A stretch of 64,000 nucleotides of DNA from Eledone cirrhosa. Taxonomy: Eukaryota. Position 1 is the stretch's first letter, and every line of letters begins with the position of its first letter. The stretch is taken from NCBI GenBank assembly GCA_964016885.1, contig OZ024744.1, positions 97,154,001 through 97,218,000 of the forward strand, written 5' to 3'. The notes under the pieces are model-generated. The model did not search any database. It was not told the origin of the DNA and saw nothing but the letters and a program-made list of their open reading frames with translations. Both the position numbers and the translations under genes were made by a program. Below are positions 35,914 through 45,890 of the stretch, piece by piece.

Positions 35914-36093
35914 AACCCCAATAACTGGTTATTTAACCCCGAAGGGCCAAATAACGGACAGAAAGACCCCTCTCACGAGGAGGAGGGTGTCTTTATCAAC
36001 AATTTGGTTCAAGTTTTAAACAATTTACAATTGTTTTAACGGTTAAAAATTACTATACCTTACAGAGCCGAGCCTCCGTCAACCATGGCATTC

Positions 36094-36125
<32 letters not shown>

Positions 36126-36385
36126 TTTCTTTATTAACCACAAGGGTTTACATAAAGTAGACATTAAGGACAGTGCAGGACAATGCAGGACGGTACAAAT
36201 GGGCATTTCTGCGTGTAAAAAAACAAAAACAGAGGATGTAACAAAAATAACAATGAAAATAACAATGAAAAATTCCCCAATAGGGGGGAGACTTCGGAGG
36301 GACATTTGTGGAGAAAGCCCAGTAAAAAGCCACAATGACCCTGACCACCAAGGCAAGTGCCCTCTCCCAGTTTTCCACCTTTAGT

Positions 36386-39300
36386 TTACAGATATATACT
36401 CAGAGTCGGCCCATTCACTCGGGCCATTCTTGCTTCTCTCACCCATCTTTCAACAAAATGCTGGGAAGAGAGCACTTCCTTCTCTACTCTGATTTTCCTT
36501 TTCAAATGAAATTTGAAAAAGTCAATCAGAGCATCACCGAAGAGGTAAGTGCTCGTCTTCAGCCCTTTCAAACGTGTCCACCATACTATCTCTTTCGCCA
36601 TGGCCACCAGACAGATAAAAACTGCCTGCCCTTCCCGGCTAAAGGAGGAGGGCGGGGCAATCCTCACGATAGACTCAGATGATAGCTGGATCCGTCCTAA
36701 ACGCGACAGCAGGTGTTCGACATAAACCCACAAGTCAGCAATTTTCGGACACTGGACGAGTGCGTGCAGGACGGTTTCGTCGCCCTGCGCGCATCTCGGA
36801 CATGCCCGGCTGACGGCACCTCCATGCCTGTAGAGTTTATCCCGAACTGGCAAGGCTCCTCGGTAGCACTGCCAGGCCAGAGATTTCTGGAAGTTGTCCA
36901 TAGGCCCTGGCCCGAAAGTTCTTCCGAAGAGATTGGCTAGTTGATTTTCGTCGACGCCTAGAGTTTCCCCAAGTACGTCGTCGCTCTTCCCCTCCACTAA
37001 TCCTCTATAGAACGCCGAGGTGGAGTTTCCACCGATCACATTGCCCGATTGGTCGAGGGCTGTGAGCGCCTGAAGACATTCCAGTCTCCAGGCGCTCCCT
37101 CTCGGTCTTCGCTTGACCCAGGACTGCAGCTCCGTCAAGGAAACGAGCTGGGGAAAAACGCGTCTAGCAAACGGCGACCACACCTGATCACCGTCGAGGA
37201 AGAGGTGGAGATGTCGTAGCCTGAGCGCGTGCCTGCGCATCATCAGCCACGGCATGCCCAGCCCTCCACGTAGCGGGTGTTGACAACAGATGGACCGCCT
37301 GACCATCGGAGCACGTCCCTTCCACAAAAAGCGAAAGAGCAAACGCTCCAGCGCAGTCAGGCGAGGCTTAGGACAAGGTACGACGGTTAGGCGGTAGCAG
37401 ATGACAGACGCGATGTACGCGTTAGCCACCTCCGCTCGACCTTTCAGGGATAGCTTCCTCTCCGCCCATTTCTGGGTGAGAGAAGCCACCCTGCTCGTCA
37501 CCTCGTCCCAGTTTTTGTCCGTCTGGAGGTCCGGACCGAACCAGACCCCTAGCAATTTAACCGGTCCGTCCGTCCAGCGCCCGACGACGCTGTTGGACGG
37601 CATGGACCTGCCTCTCCAGGTGCCGAGCTGCAGGCCCACTGACTTTTCCTGGTTGATCATTGCTCCTGTCACCGCTTCGTATTCTCTTAGTGTAGTGCCG
37701 ATCGCCTCGATGTGTTTGGCGTTCGACACCACTACGGTGACATCGTCCGCATATGCTGACACGGATCTTCCGCATCCTAGTTCGCGCGGGACTCCCCTCA
37801 ACGTCTCCAGTTTGTGCAGTAATGGCTCGAGAGTCAATACGTACAAGAGGGACGAGAGGGGACATCCTTGGCGGACCGAGCGCATGATGTTGAACGGTTC
37901 CGACAGGTGACCGTTCACTCTCACCACAGAGCAGATGTCGCTGTGCATGGCAGCGATCCAGCCTCTGAAGACGGGCCCAAAGCCAGCCGCCCTCAGGACT
38001 GCCGCTAGGTAACGATGGTCGACCCTATCGAAAGCTTTCGACTGATCTAAATTGATCAAGGACCCACCCGTGCCAGGTTCCCTAGCTACCCTCTCTACGA
38101 TGTATCGCATGAGGTGGAGGTTGTCGTGGATGGATCTGTCGGGAATGGCGCATGTCTGCGCCTCTCCCACCAGACCACCAACGACAAGCGCCAACCTCTT
38201 TGCTAGCACCTTGGCCAAAATCTTAAACTCTGTGTTTAGCAGAGTTATGGGCCGGAAATTGTCTATGTTATCCCCCTTGTTCGGATCCTTTCTCAGCAGT
38301 GCCACCGCTCCTCGGCTCACAGAACTGGGAATTCTCCCGTTCTGTTGCCAGTTGCAGTAGACGTCCGCCAAGAGGCCTCCGAACAAGTCTGGCATCTGTA
38401 CGTAAAGTTCATAGGGCAGACCATCCAAACCAGGCGATTTGCCCCTTGTGCAGCCAGTCATCGCCTCCCTTACTTCAGCGGCTGTTATCGGCTTTTCGCA
38501 ACACTTCGCCTCAGTGGCCGAGAGCCGCGGCAGTCCGTCGAGGTAGACACTAAAGTCCATCCCTCTACCCGGCCCCCCGCTGCCCCCGAACAGCTGAGCG
38601 AAGTGTTGCTGAAAAGCTTCACACATTTGCCCGGGATCGAGTAGCATGCGCCCGTCGTGGTCCACCAAAGACCGGATCGTGGCTTTGTTGCCACGACGCG
38701 CCTCCGCCACTCGGGCCCATTGAACGGCTTTCGTCCCCTCGTGTCTGAGAGCACGCACCCTAGCTCTGACAACGCAGCCTTCGTGCTTTGCATTGAAGAA
38801 TTGGTCAAGGGCCAATTTCGCCGCAAGCACGTCGGTCGCAATGCCTTTGCTAAGCGCCTCGTCTAATTTTCTAACTAGTTCTCCCTCTGCTCTATTTTTC
38901 TCTATTGCTAAAGCCTTACTAAACCTAATCGATTCTATTCTAATCGCTCTTTTCAGAGCAAACCACCACTTGTTGTTGACGATGGCCCCCGTCAACGCCC
39001 GCTTAACTAGTTCGCTAATCCGGTCTCTGTAGGCCTTGCGCGCTGGTAAGGACGCGTTTAGCTTCCAGTAGCCGGGTCCTCGTCTATGAAGCCTATCTAA
39101 GTCAAGCACACAGATCACAAATTTGTGGTCCGTGTAGCTGACTATCTTGAATTGTGGACAGCCTATGCTAGACCTATCTATTTCCCTACAAAATACTCTA
39201 TCTAGATATGATCTGGATGACCCTATGCGGTTTGTCCAAGTCCACATTGGCACATTCGGGAAATCCAATCGGTACCTGTCAGACAGTTCAAAACGCCTGA

Positions 39301-39804
39301 GCAGGTTGGTGAGGCTCTTGCACCCTCCACCCCTATCCGCTAATCCCACACAGTCCCAGCGTGCATCTAAGATCCCGTTCCAGTCGCCCACTAACACTAA
39401 AGAGCGGGACGTTCCAAGAAAGGTCTCCAGACGCCGGAAGAAATCAGGCCGCCCTGCTCCTGTCGGGGCATAGACGGCCACTAGCCTGAAAGCTTGCCCG
39501 TCTCCGCTGGTCACGTCCAGCACCACCAGCTTACCCTCTGGGTCCAGGAAGATGGCCCGTATGGCGAGATCCAAACCTCTCCGAAAAAGCACAGCAACTC
39601 CTCCACCCGATCCAGGACGGCTGGGAGATGCGTACACATCGTAGCCGCCGAAGATCGGTGCGAGGCCCGTGCTTCGGAGATTCTGGTCTCGCTGATGGCC
39701 ACTACATCTATGTTTAGTGACCTGAGGTCGTTGAGCAGGTGACCCTGCTTCCATGACGACCCCAAGCCACGCGCATTTATGCTGCCTATTCTGAGTGAGG
39801 TCAT
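36386..39804 (-). pseudogene. ORF2 of copy 2 with a 1-bp deletion at ~39663
   Basis: GGTGCGAGGCCC here versus GGTGCGAAGGCCC in copies 1 and 3. The true start MTSLR at 39804 goes out of frame after ISEARA. Could be a sequencing error. Confidence 0.85.
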
Positions 39805-39839
39805 GTTTAAAATAGAGTGGAAAAGATGGGAAAGACCAC

Positions 39840-41969
39840 TTACCGTACTTTTGGTAGAGGAGGGATGGTTTTTACATCCCTTTTCACTTGATCGTCTGGT
39901 GAAGGGACCGTTGAATCGTCCCTTCGGCTGGTCGTCGGCTCTTCTAAGAGAATGTCTGAATATACTCTTCGATTGATGGTTCCTCCTAGGTCCCTGAAAT
40001 CACCAACTGCGTTGGGGAATTTCGTTTTAATGTTTGTGTATTGTTTCTGTGCTATTTTTAGCAGTCTTATGTTAGTTGGCGTTTTGATTGGTGCTGGTAT
40101 TATGTAGTCCTGTTGTGAAATGTCTGTGTGTTCAATTATGTAAGTCATTAGTTTCTTGTTGTGTGTGTTTATTGCCGTGCATTTGTTTTTCTGGGGGTGG
40201 GGTGTGGTTCTGCTATTTTCTTGTCGTTGTTGCTGGGTGTGTGTGTTTTGTTGTTGTGTTTGCGATGTTGGTGCTTGTGGTGGTGGTGTTGAAGGTGTTG
40301 TTGGCGGTGGGGTTGTCGCCGGTGGTGATGGTGGTGCTGGTGTGGGTGGTGATGGTGTTGGTGGTGTTGCTGCTGTGGGTCTCTTTGCAGTAGACTTTAC
40401 CCTTTTCTCATTTCTTTCCTCCCTTTTCAAAGGCGACGATGCGCTGCTTCTGCGTTTGTGCCTTCTTGCGACCTTTTGCCATCCCTCTCCCACCTCACAC
40501 TCCATGTCTGATTCTGTAAGGTCGGGGAGGGGTACCAGCTCCACTCTTTCACTTGTTGTTGTTGGTGATGTTTGCACTGGAGTCTCTGTTGCAGCTGCAT
40601 TTGGTATTGCTGTTGTTGTTGTTAATATTTCCACTGCTGCTGCTGTCTTTGATTTCCGTGGAGTGGGTATGGGTGCCACGGACCTATCGTTCCTGGTTGC
40701 CGCTTGTCCTGTTGCTGGTAGCAGTGGAGCCGGATTCGGAAGGAGGGGGGTTTTCTCCTTTCTCAGGGTCTTCTCGTTGCAGAAGGCCCTGAGGTGAGTC
40801 TTCGATCCACAGCGAAAGCATTTCGGGCGTTTGCCCTCAACACTTATGGGCAGTTGAGTGCCGTTATCGAAGTCTATCACATCCGGGATAGCTTCGATGC
40901 ACTCCTGGTTGGTTTGGATTAGCATCTCAATGGAGGAGCCGACCCAATCTTCTCTTACTTTTTTCTGTACTTGCAGTACAGTTGTTTTGTCCTCGATTCC
41001 GACGAGGACAGACGCGGCCAGCCAAGAAGGGGTCATTCCGGGGGGGACGTGGGTCAGTTTGACCCTCACAATTTTTTGCCCGCAGTAGGAGGGCACCAAC
41101 ACCATTTCCTCGCTCCTTAGGGTCACTACTGATTGGGCCTTTGCCTCCTGGGGTGTGGCAAAAAGTACGTCTACGGTGGCGTATTTTTTGCCTCGGGTGA
41201 TGTGCGTTTTCCTCTGCCACACAGACCCCAAGGCTTTTTGTATTTGGGCCTCTGTGGCTCTTTCCACCCTACGGGATTTTGTACTTACTGTACGGTACGT
41301 GACCGTACAGTGCTCTTGGGTTTCGAAAAAACTTTTCGCTGCCTTGCAGATTGCTCGGTGTCCGTTCTTTGTCACCATCTTCTTCGCTTCCTCTAATTCC
41401 TCATTTGTTATGAGGATTGTTTCCAAATTTTTCGCAATACCTGCAAATGAGATTGGTTTTTCTCTGCTGTTGTTGTTGTCGTCAGAGCTGCTGGTACTTT
41501 TGTTGTTGCTGCAGGTACTACGACTACTGCCTCCGCCGCTGTTGCTGTGGTTGTTGTTGGTGTTGCTGCTGCTAATGCTGTTGTTGTTTATGCTGCTGGT
41601 GATGCTGTTGCGGCTGCTACTGTTGTTTTCATTGTCACTGTTGCTGTTGTTATTACGGCTGCTACTGCTATTATTCCTGACGTCAGACGAATGAACTGGG
41701 TTTTCGTGTTTCCCGCACACCTGTTTCGTCGCTGTCGTCGTCGTCGTGGAGAAACCTTGCACGCTTTGCACGAGACTTTTCTTTTCTTTCGTCGCTTGCG
41801 AAAGAGAAGGGAGGGAGAGAGACACATTTAAAGAAGGGAGGGAGAGAGACAATCTTCTCTCTGCTGTAGTGATGATTGAGGAAGAAGAAGACGGAATGAG
41901 TGGGAGTGACGTATGAAATTTCTTTTTGGTAGCCATGTTTTTTTGTTTAAAATGAAATTTTGGGTACAA
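39840..41969 (-). CDS. ORF1p of copy 2 (709 aa)
   Basis: Near-identical to copy 1 ORF1, with the CCHC knuckle. Confidence 0.9.
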   Translation of the reverse strand: MYPKFHFKQKNMATKKKFHTSLPLIPSSSSSIITTAERRLSLSLPSLNVSLSLPSLSQATKEKKSLVQSVQGFSTTTTTATKQVCGKHENPVHSSDVRNNSSSSRNNNSNSDNENNSSSRNSITSSINNNSISSSNTNNNHSNSGGGSSRSTCSNNKSTSSSDDNNNSREKPISFAGIAKNLETILITNEELEEAKKMVTKNGHRAICKAAKSFFETQEHCTVTYRTVSTKSRRVERATEAQIQKALGSVWQRKTHITRGKKYATVDVLFATPQEAKAQSVVTLRSEEMVLVPSYCGQKIVRVKLTHVPPGMTPSWLAASVLVGIEDKTTVLQVQKKVREDWVGSSIEMLIQTNQECIEAIPDVIDFDNGTQLPISVEGKRPKCFRCGSKTHLRAFCNEKTLRKEKTPLLPNPAPLLPATGQAATRNDRSVAPIPTPRKSKTAAAVEILTTTTAIPNAAATETPVQTSPTTTSERVELVPLPDLTESDMECEVGEGWQKVARRHKRRSSASSPLKREERNEKRVKSTAKRPTAATPPTPSPPTPAPPSPPATTPPPTTPSTPPPQAPTSQTQQQNTHTQQQRQENSRTTPHPQKNKCTAINTHNKKLMTYIIEHTDISQQDYIIPAPIKTPTNIRLLKIAQKQYTNIKTKFPNAVGDFRDLGGTINRRVYSDILLEEPTTSRRDDSTVPSPDDQVKRDVKTIPPLPKVR

Positions 41970-42149
41970 AACCCCAATAACTGGTTATTTAACCCCGAAG
42001 GGCCAAATAATGGACAGAAAGACCCCTCTCACGAGGAGGAGGGTGTCTTTATCAACAATTTGGTTCAAGTTTTAAACAATTTACAATTGTTTTAACGGTT
42101 AAAAATTACTATACCTTACAGAGCCGAGCCTCCGTCAACCATGGCATTC

Positions 42150-42181
<32 letters not shown>

Positions 42182-42433
42182 TTTCATTTATTGGCCACAA
42201 GGGCCGACATATAGGGGACAACACAATAGACAGGGACAGTGGGGGTTTACATAGAGATCGAGTAAGTATAAATAACAAAAAAAACAAAATAACAATAAAA
42301 ATACAACAATGAAAGTTCCCCAATAAGAGGGATCACCACCCAGGGTTGACTCAAGCACCCCACCAGTCCTGAGCCACCCGACGCTCCTAGGGCACCCGGG
42401 AAGGGCACCCCTCTCCTTCTCGAATTCACCAGC

Positions 42434-45400
42434 CTACAGGCGCATGATCAGAGTAGGCCCACTCACGCGGGCCATTCTCGCCACATTCACCCACCTTTCA
42501 GTAAATGTACTGGGGGGCAGCACTTCTCTCTCCACCCTCACCTTCCTTTCCAAGTGAAACTTGAAGAAGTTGATGAGGGATTGGCCGAAGAGAAAAGTGT
42601 CTGTCTTCAGTCCTTTCAACCTGGTCCACCATGCAACCTCTTTCGCTACTGCCACCAGGCAGAGGAAAATTGCCTGCCCTTCCTGACCAAAAGAAGGCGG
42701 CGGGTCAATCTTCACTATGGACTCGGACGATAGCCGGATCCATTCTACACGCGACAATAGCTGTTCGACATAACCCCACAAGTCAGCAATGCACGGACAC
42801 TGGACGAGTGCGTGCAGAACGGTTTCGTCGCTCTGCGCGCATCTCGGGCAGGTTCGTCTGACAGCACTTCCGTGCCTGTAGAGTTTATCCCGAACCGGCA
42901 GCGCCCCCCGGTAGCACTGCCAAGCGAGGGATTTCTGGAAGTTATCCATCGTCCCCGGCTCGAAAGTCCTCCGGAACATACTGGTCAGTTCTACTTCGTT
43001 GACGCCCAGAGCCTCTCCTAGTACGTCATCGCACTTGCCCTCCACTAATCCTCTATAGAAATCTTGAGTGGAAGTTCCACTGACCGCATTGCCCACCTTG
43101 CAGAGTGCAGTGAGCGCCTGGCAACATTCCAGATGCCAGTCGCCCAGTCTCGGTCTCTTCTTGACCCAGGACTGCAGCTCAGTCAAAGAGATGAGCTGCG
43201 GAAAGGCCCGTCTAACAAACGGCGACCACACCTGTTCACCGTTTAGGCAAAATATCTGGAGATGTCGCAGCCTCAGCGCATGTCTGCGCATCATTAGCCA
43301 CGGCATGCCCAGCCCTCCACGAAGAGGGTGCTGGCAGCAGATGGACCGCCTCACCAACGGGACCCGTCCCCTCCACAAAAATTTGAAAAGGAGCCGTTCC
43401 AAATTGGCGAGGCGTGGACGGGGGCAAGGCACGACGGTCAGGCGGTAGTAGATGACGGACGCGATGTACGCGTTCGCCACCTCCGCCCGCCCTTTCAGTG
43501 ATAGCTTTCTCTCAGCCCATTTCTGGGTGAGGTTGGCTATCCTGCTCGTCACCTCGTCCCAATTCTTATCCACCTGGAGGTCTGGTCCGAACCAAACCCC
43601 GAGCAACTTTACCGGTCCGTCTGTCCAGCGCCCAACGACGCTGTTGGACGGCATGGACCTGCCTCTCCAGGTGCCGAGCTGCAGGCCCACTGACTTTTCC
43701 TGGTTGATCATTGCTCCTGTCACCGCTTCGTATTCTCTTAGTGTAGTGCCGATCGCCTCGATGTGTTTGGCGTTCGACACCACTACGGTGACATCGTCCG
43801 CATATGCTGACACGGATCTTCCGCATCCTAGTTCGCGCGGGACTCCCCTCAACGTCTCCAGTTTGTGCAGTAATGGCTCGAGCGTCAATACGTACAAGAG
43901 GGACGAGAGGGGACATCCTTGGCGGACCGAGCGCATGATGTTGAACGGTTCCGACAGGTGACCGTTCACTCTCACCACAGAGCAGATGTCGCTGTGCATG
44001 GCAGCGATCCAGCCTCTGAAGACGGGCCCAAAGCCAGCCGCCCTCAGGACTGCCGCTAGGTAACGATGGTCGACCCTATCGAAAGCTTTCGACTGATCTA
44101 AATTGATCAAGGACCCACCCGTGCCAGGTTCCCTAGCTACCCTCTCTACGATGTATCGCATGAGGTGGAGGTTGTCGTGGATGGATCTGTCGGGAATGGC
44201 GCATGTCTGCGCCTCTCCCACCAGACCACCAACGACAAGCGCCAACCTCTTTGCTAGCACCTTGGCCAAAATCTTAAACTCTGTGTTTAGCAGAGTTATG
44301 GGCCGGAAATTGTCTATGTTATCCCCCTTGTTCGGATCCTTTCTCAGCAGTGCCACCGCTCCTCGGCTCACAGAACTGGGAATTCTCCCGTTCTGTTGCC
44401 AGTTGCAGTAGACGTCCGCCAAGAGGCCTCCGAACAAGTCTGGCATCTGTACGTAAAGTTCATAGGGCAGACCATCCAAACCAGGCGATTTACCCCTTGT
44501 GCAGCCAGTCATTGCCTCCCTTACTTCAGCGGCTGTTATCGGCTTTTCGCAACACTTCGCCTCAGTGGCCGAGAGCCGCGGCAGCCCGTCGAGGTAGACA
44601 CTAAAGTCCATCGCTCTACCCGGCCCACCGCTGCCCCCGAACAGCTGAGCGAAGTGTCGCTGAAAAGCTTCACACATTTGCCCGGGATCGAGTAGCATGC
44701 GCCCGTCGTGGTCCACCAAAGACCGGATCGTGGCTTTGTTGCCACGACGCGCCTCCGCCACTCGGGCCCATTGAACGGCTTTCGTCCCCTCGTGTCTGAG
44801 AGCACGCACCCTAGCTCTGACAACGCAGCCTTCGTGCTTTGCATTGAAGAATTGGTCAAGGGCCAATTTCGCCGCAAGCACGTCGGTCGCAATGCCTTTG
44901 CTAAGCGCCTCGTCTAATTTTCTAACTAGTTCTCCCTCTGCTCTATTTTTCTCTATTGCTAAAGCCTTACTAAACCTAATCGATTCTATTCTAATCGCTC
45001 TTTTCAGAGCAAACCACCACTTGTTGTTGACGATGGCCCCCGTCAACGCCCGCTTAACTAGTTCGCTAATCCGGTCTCTGTAGGCCTTGCGCGCTGGTAA
45101 GGACGCGTTTAGCTTCCAGTAGCCGGGTCCTCGTCTATGAAGCCTATCTAGGTCAAGCACACAGATCACGAATTTGTGGTCCGTGTAGCTGACTATCTTG
45201 AATTGTGGACAGCCTATGCTAGACCTATCTATTTCCCTACAAAATACTCTATCTAGATATGATCTGGATGACCCTATGCGGTTTGTCCAAGTCCACATTG
45301 GCACATTCGGGAAATCCAATCGGTACCTGTCAGACAGTTCAAAACGCCTGAGCAGGTTGGTGAGGCTCTTGCACCCTCCACCCCTATCCGCTAATCCCAC

Positions 45401-45856
45401 ACAGTCCCAGCGTGCATCTAAGATCCCGTTCCAGTCGCCCACTAACACTAAAGAGCGGGACGTTCCAAGAAAGGTCTCCAGACGCCGGAAGAAATCAGGC
45501 CGCCCTGCTCCTGTCGGGGCATAGACGGCCACTAGCCTGAAAGCTTGCCCGTCTCCGCTGGTCACGTCCAGCACCACCAGCTTACCCTCTGGGTCCAGGA
45601 AGATGGCCCGTATGGCGAGATCCAAACCTCTGCGAAAAAGCACAGCAACTCCTCCACCCGATCCAGGACGGCTGGGAGATGCGTACACATCGTAGCCGCC
45701 GAAGATCGGTGCGAAGGCCCGTGCTTCGGAGATTCTGGTCTCGCTGATGGCCACTACATCTATGTTTAGTGACCTGAGGTCGTTGAGCAGGTGACCCTGC
45801 TTCCATGACGACCCCAAGCCACGCGCATTTATGCTGCCTATTCTGAGTGAGGTCAT
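42434..45856 (-). CDS. ORF2p of copy 3 (1140 aa, intact chimera)
   Basis: Open APE-RT-ZnF frame; the protein diverges from copy 1 from DLQVDKNW onward. Confidence 0.95.
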   Translation of the reverse strand: MTSLRIGSINARGLGSSWKQGHLLNDLRSLNIDVVAISETRISEARAFAPIFGGYDVYASPSRPGSGGGVAVLFRRGLDLAIRAIFLDPEGKLVVLDVTSGDGQAFRLVAVYAPTGAGRPDFFRRLETFLGTSRSLVLVGDWNGILDARWDCVGLADRGGGCKSLTNLLRRFELSDRYRLDFPNVPMWTWTNRIGSSRSYLDRVFCREIDRSSIGCPQFKIVSYTDHKFVICVLDLDRLHRRGPGYWKLNASLPARKAYRDRISELVKRALTGAIVNNKWWFALKRAIRIESIRFSKALAIEKNRAEGELVRKLDEALSKGIATDVLAAKLALDQFFNAKHEGCVVRARVRALRHEGTKAVQWARVAEARRGNKATIRSLVDHDGRMLLDPGQMCEAFQRHFAQLFGGSGGPGRAMDFSVYLDGLPRLSATEAKCCEKPITAAEVREAMTGCTRGKSPGLDGLPYELYVQMPDLFGGLLADVYCNWQQNGRIPSSVSRGAVALLRKDPNKGDNIDNFRPITLLNTEFKILAKVLAKRLALVVGGLVGEAQTCAIPDRSIHDNLHLMRYIVERVAREPGTGGSLINLDQSKAFDRVDHRYLAAVLRAAGFGPVFRGWIAAMHSDICSVVRVNGHLSEPFNIMRSVRQGCPLSSLLYVLTLEPLLHKLETLRGVPRELGCGRSVSAYADDVTVVVSNAKHIEAIGTTLREYEAVTGAMINQEKSVGLQLGTWRGRSMPSNSVVGRWTDGPVKLLGVWFGPDLQVDKNWDEVTSRIANLTQKWAERKLSLKGRAEVANAYIASVIYYRLTVVPCPRPRLANLERLLFKFLWRGRVPLVRRSICCQHPLRGGLGMPWLMMRRHALRLRHLQIFCLNGEQVWSPFVRRAFPQLISLTELQSWVKKRPRLGDWHLECCQALTALCKVGNAVSGTSTQDFYRGLVEGKCDDVLGEALGVNEVELTSMFRRTFEPGTMDNFQKSLAWQCYRGALPVRDKLYRHGSAVRRTCPRCAQSDETVLHALVQCPCIADLWGYVEQLLSRVEWIRLSSESIVKIDPPPSFGQEGQAIFLCLVAVAKEVAWWTRLKGLKTDTFLFGQSLINFFKFHLERKVRVEREVLPPSTFTERWVNVARMARVSGPTLIMRL

Positions 45857-45890
45857 GTTTAAATAGAGTGGAAAAGATGGGAAAGACCAC

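Larger units (their letters stand above)
30067..36093 (-). mobile_element. Full-length L1/Tx1-like LINE, array copy 1 (intact)
   Basis: 5' end GAATGCCATGG, ORF1, ORF2, and a 3' UTR ending AATAAAGAAATC-(ATT)n. Near-identical to three adjacent copies. Confidence 0.96.
36124..42149 (-). mobile_element. Full-length L1/Tx1-like LINE, array copy 2
   Basis: Same termini as copy 1; separated from both neighbours by exactly (AAT)10. Confidence 0.96.

Noticed and set aside
36386-39754. Novel N-terminus (MEAGSPAQ...) on copy 2 ORF2
   Set aside because: An artefact of the 1-bp deletion at ~39663; the real start is at 39804.
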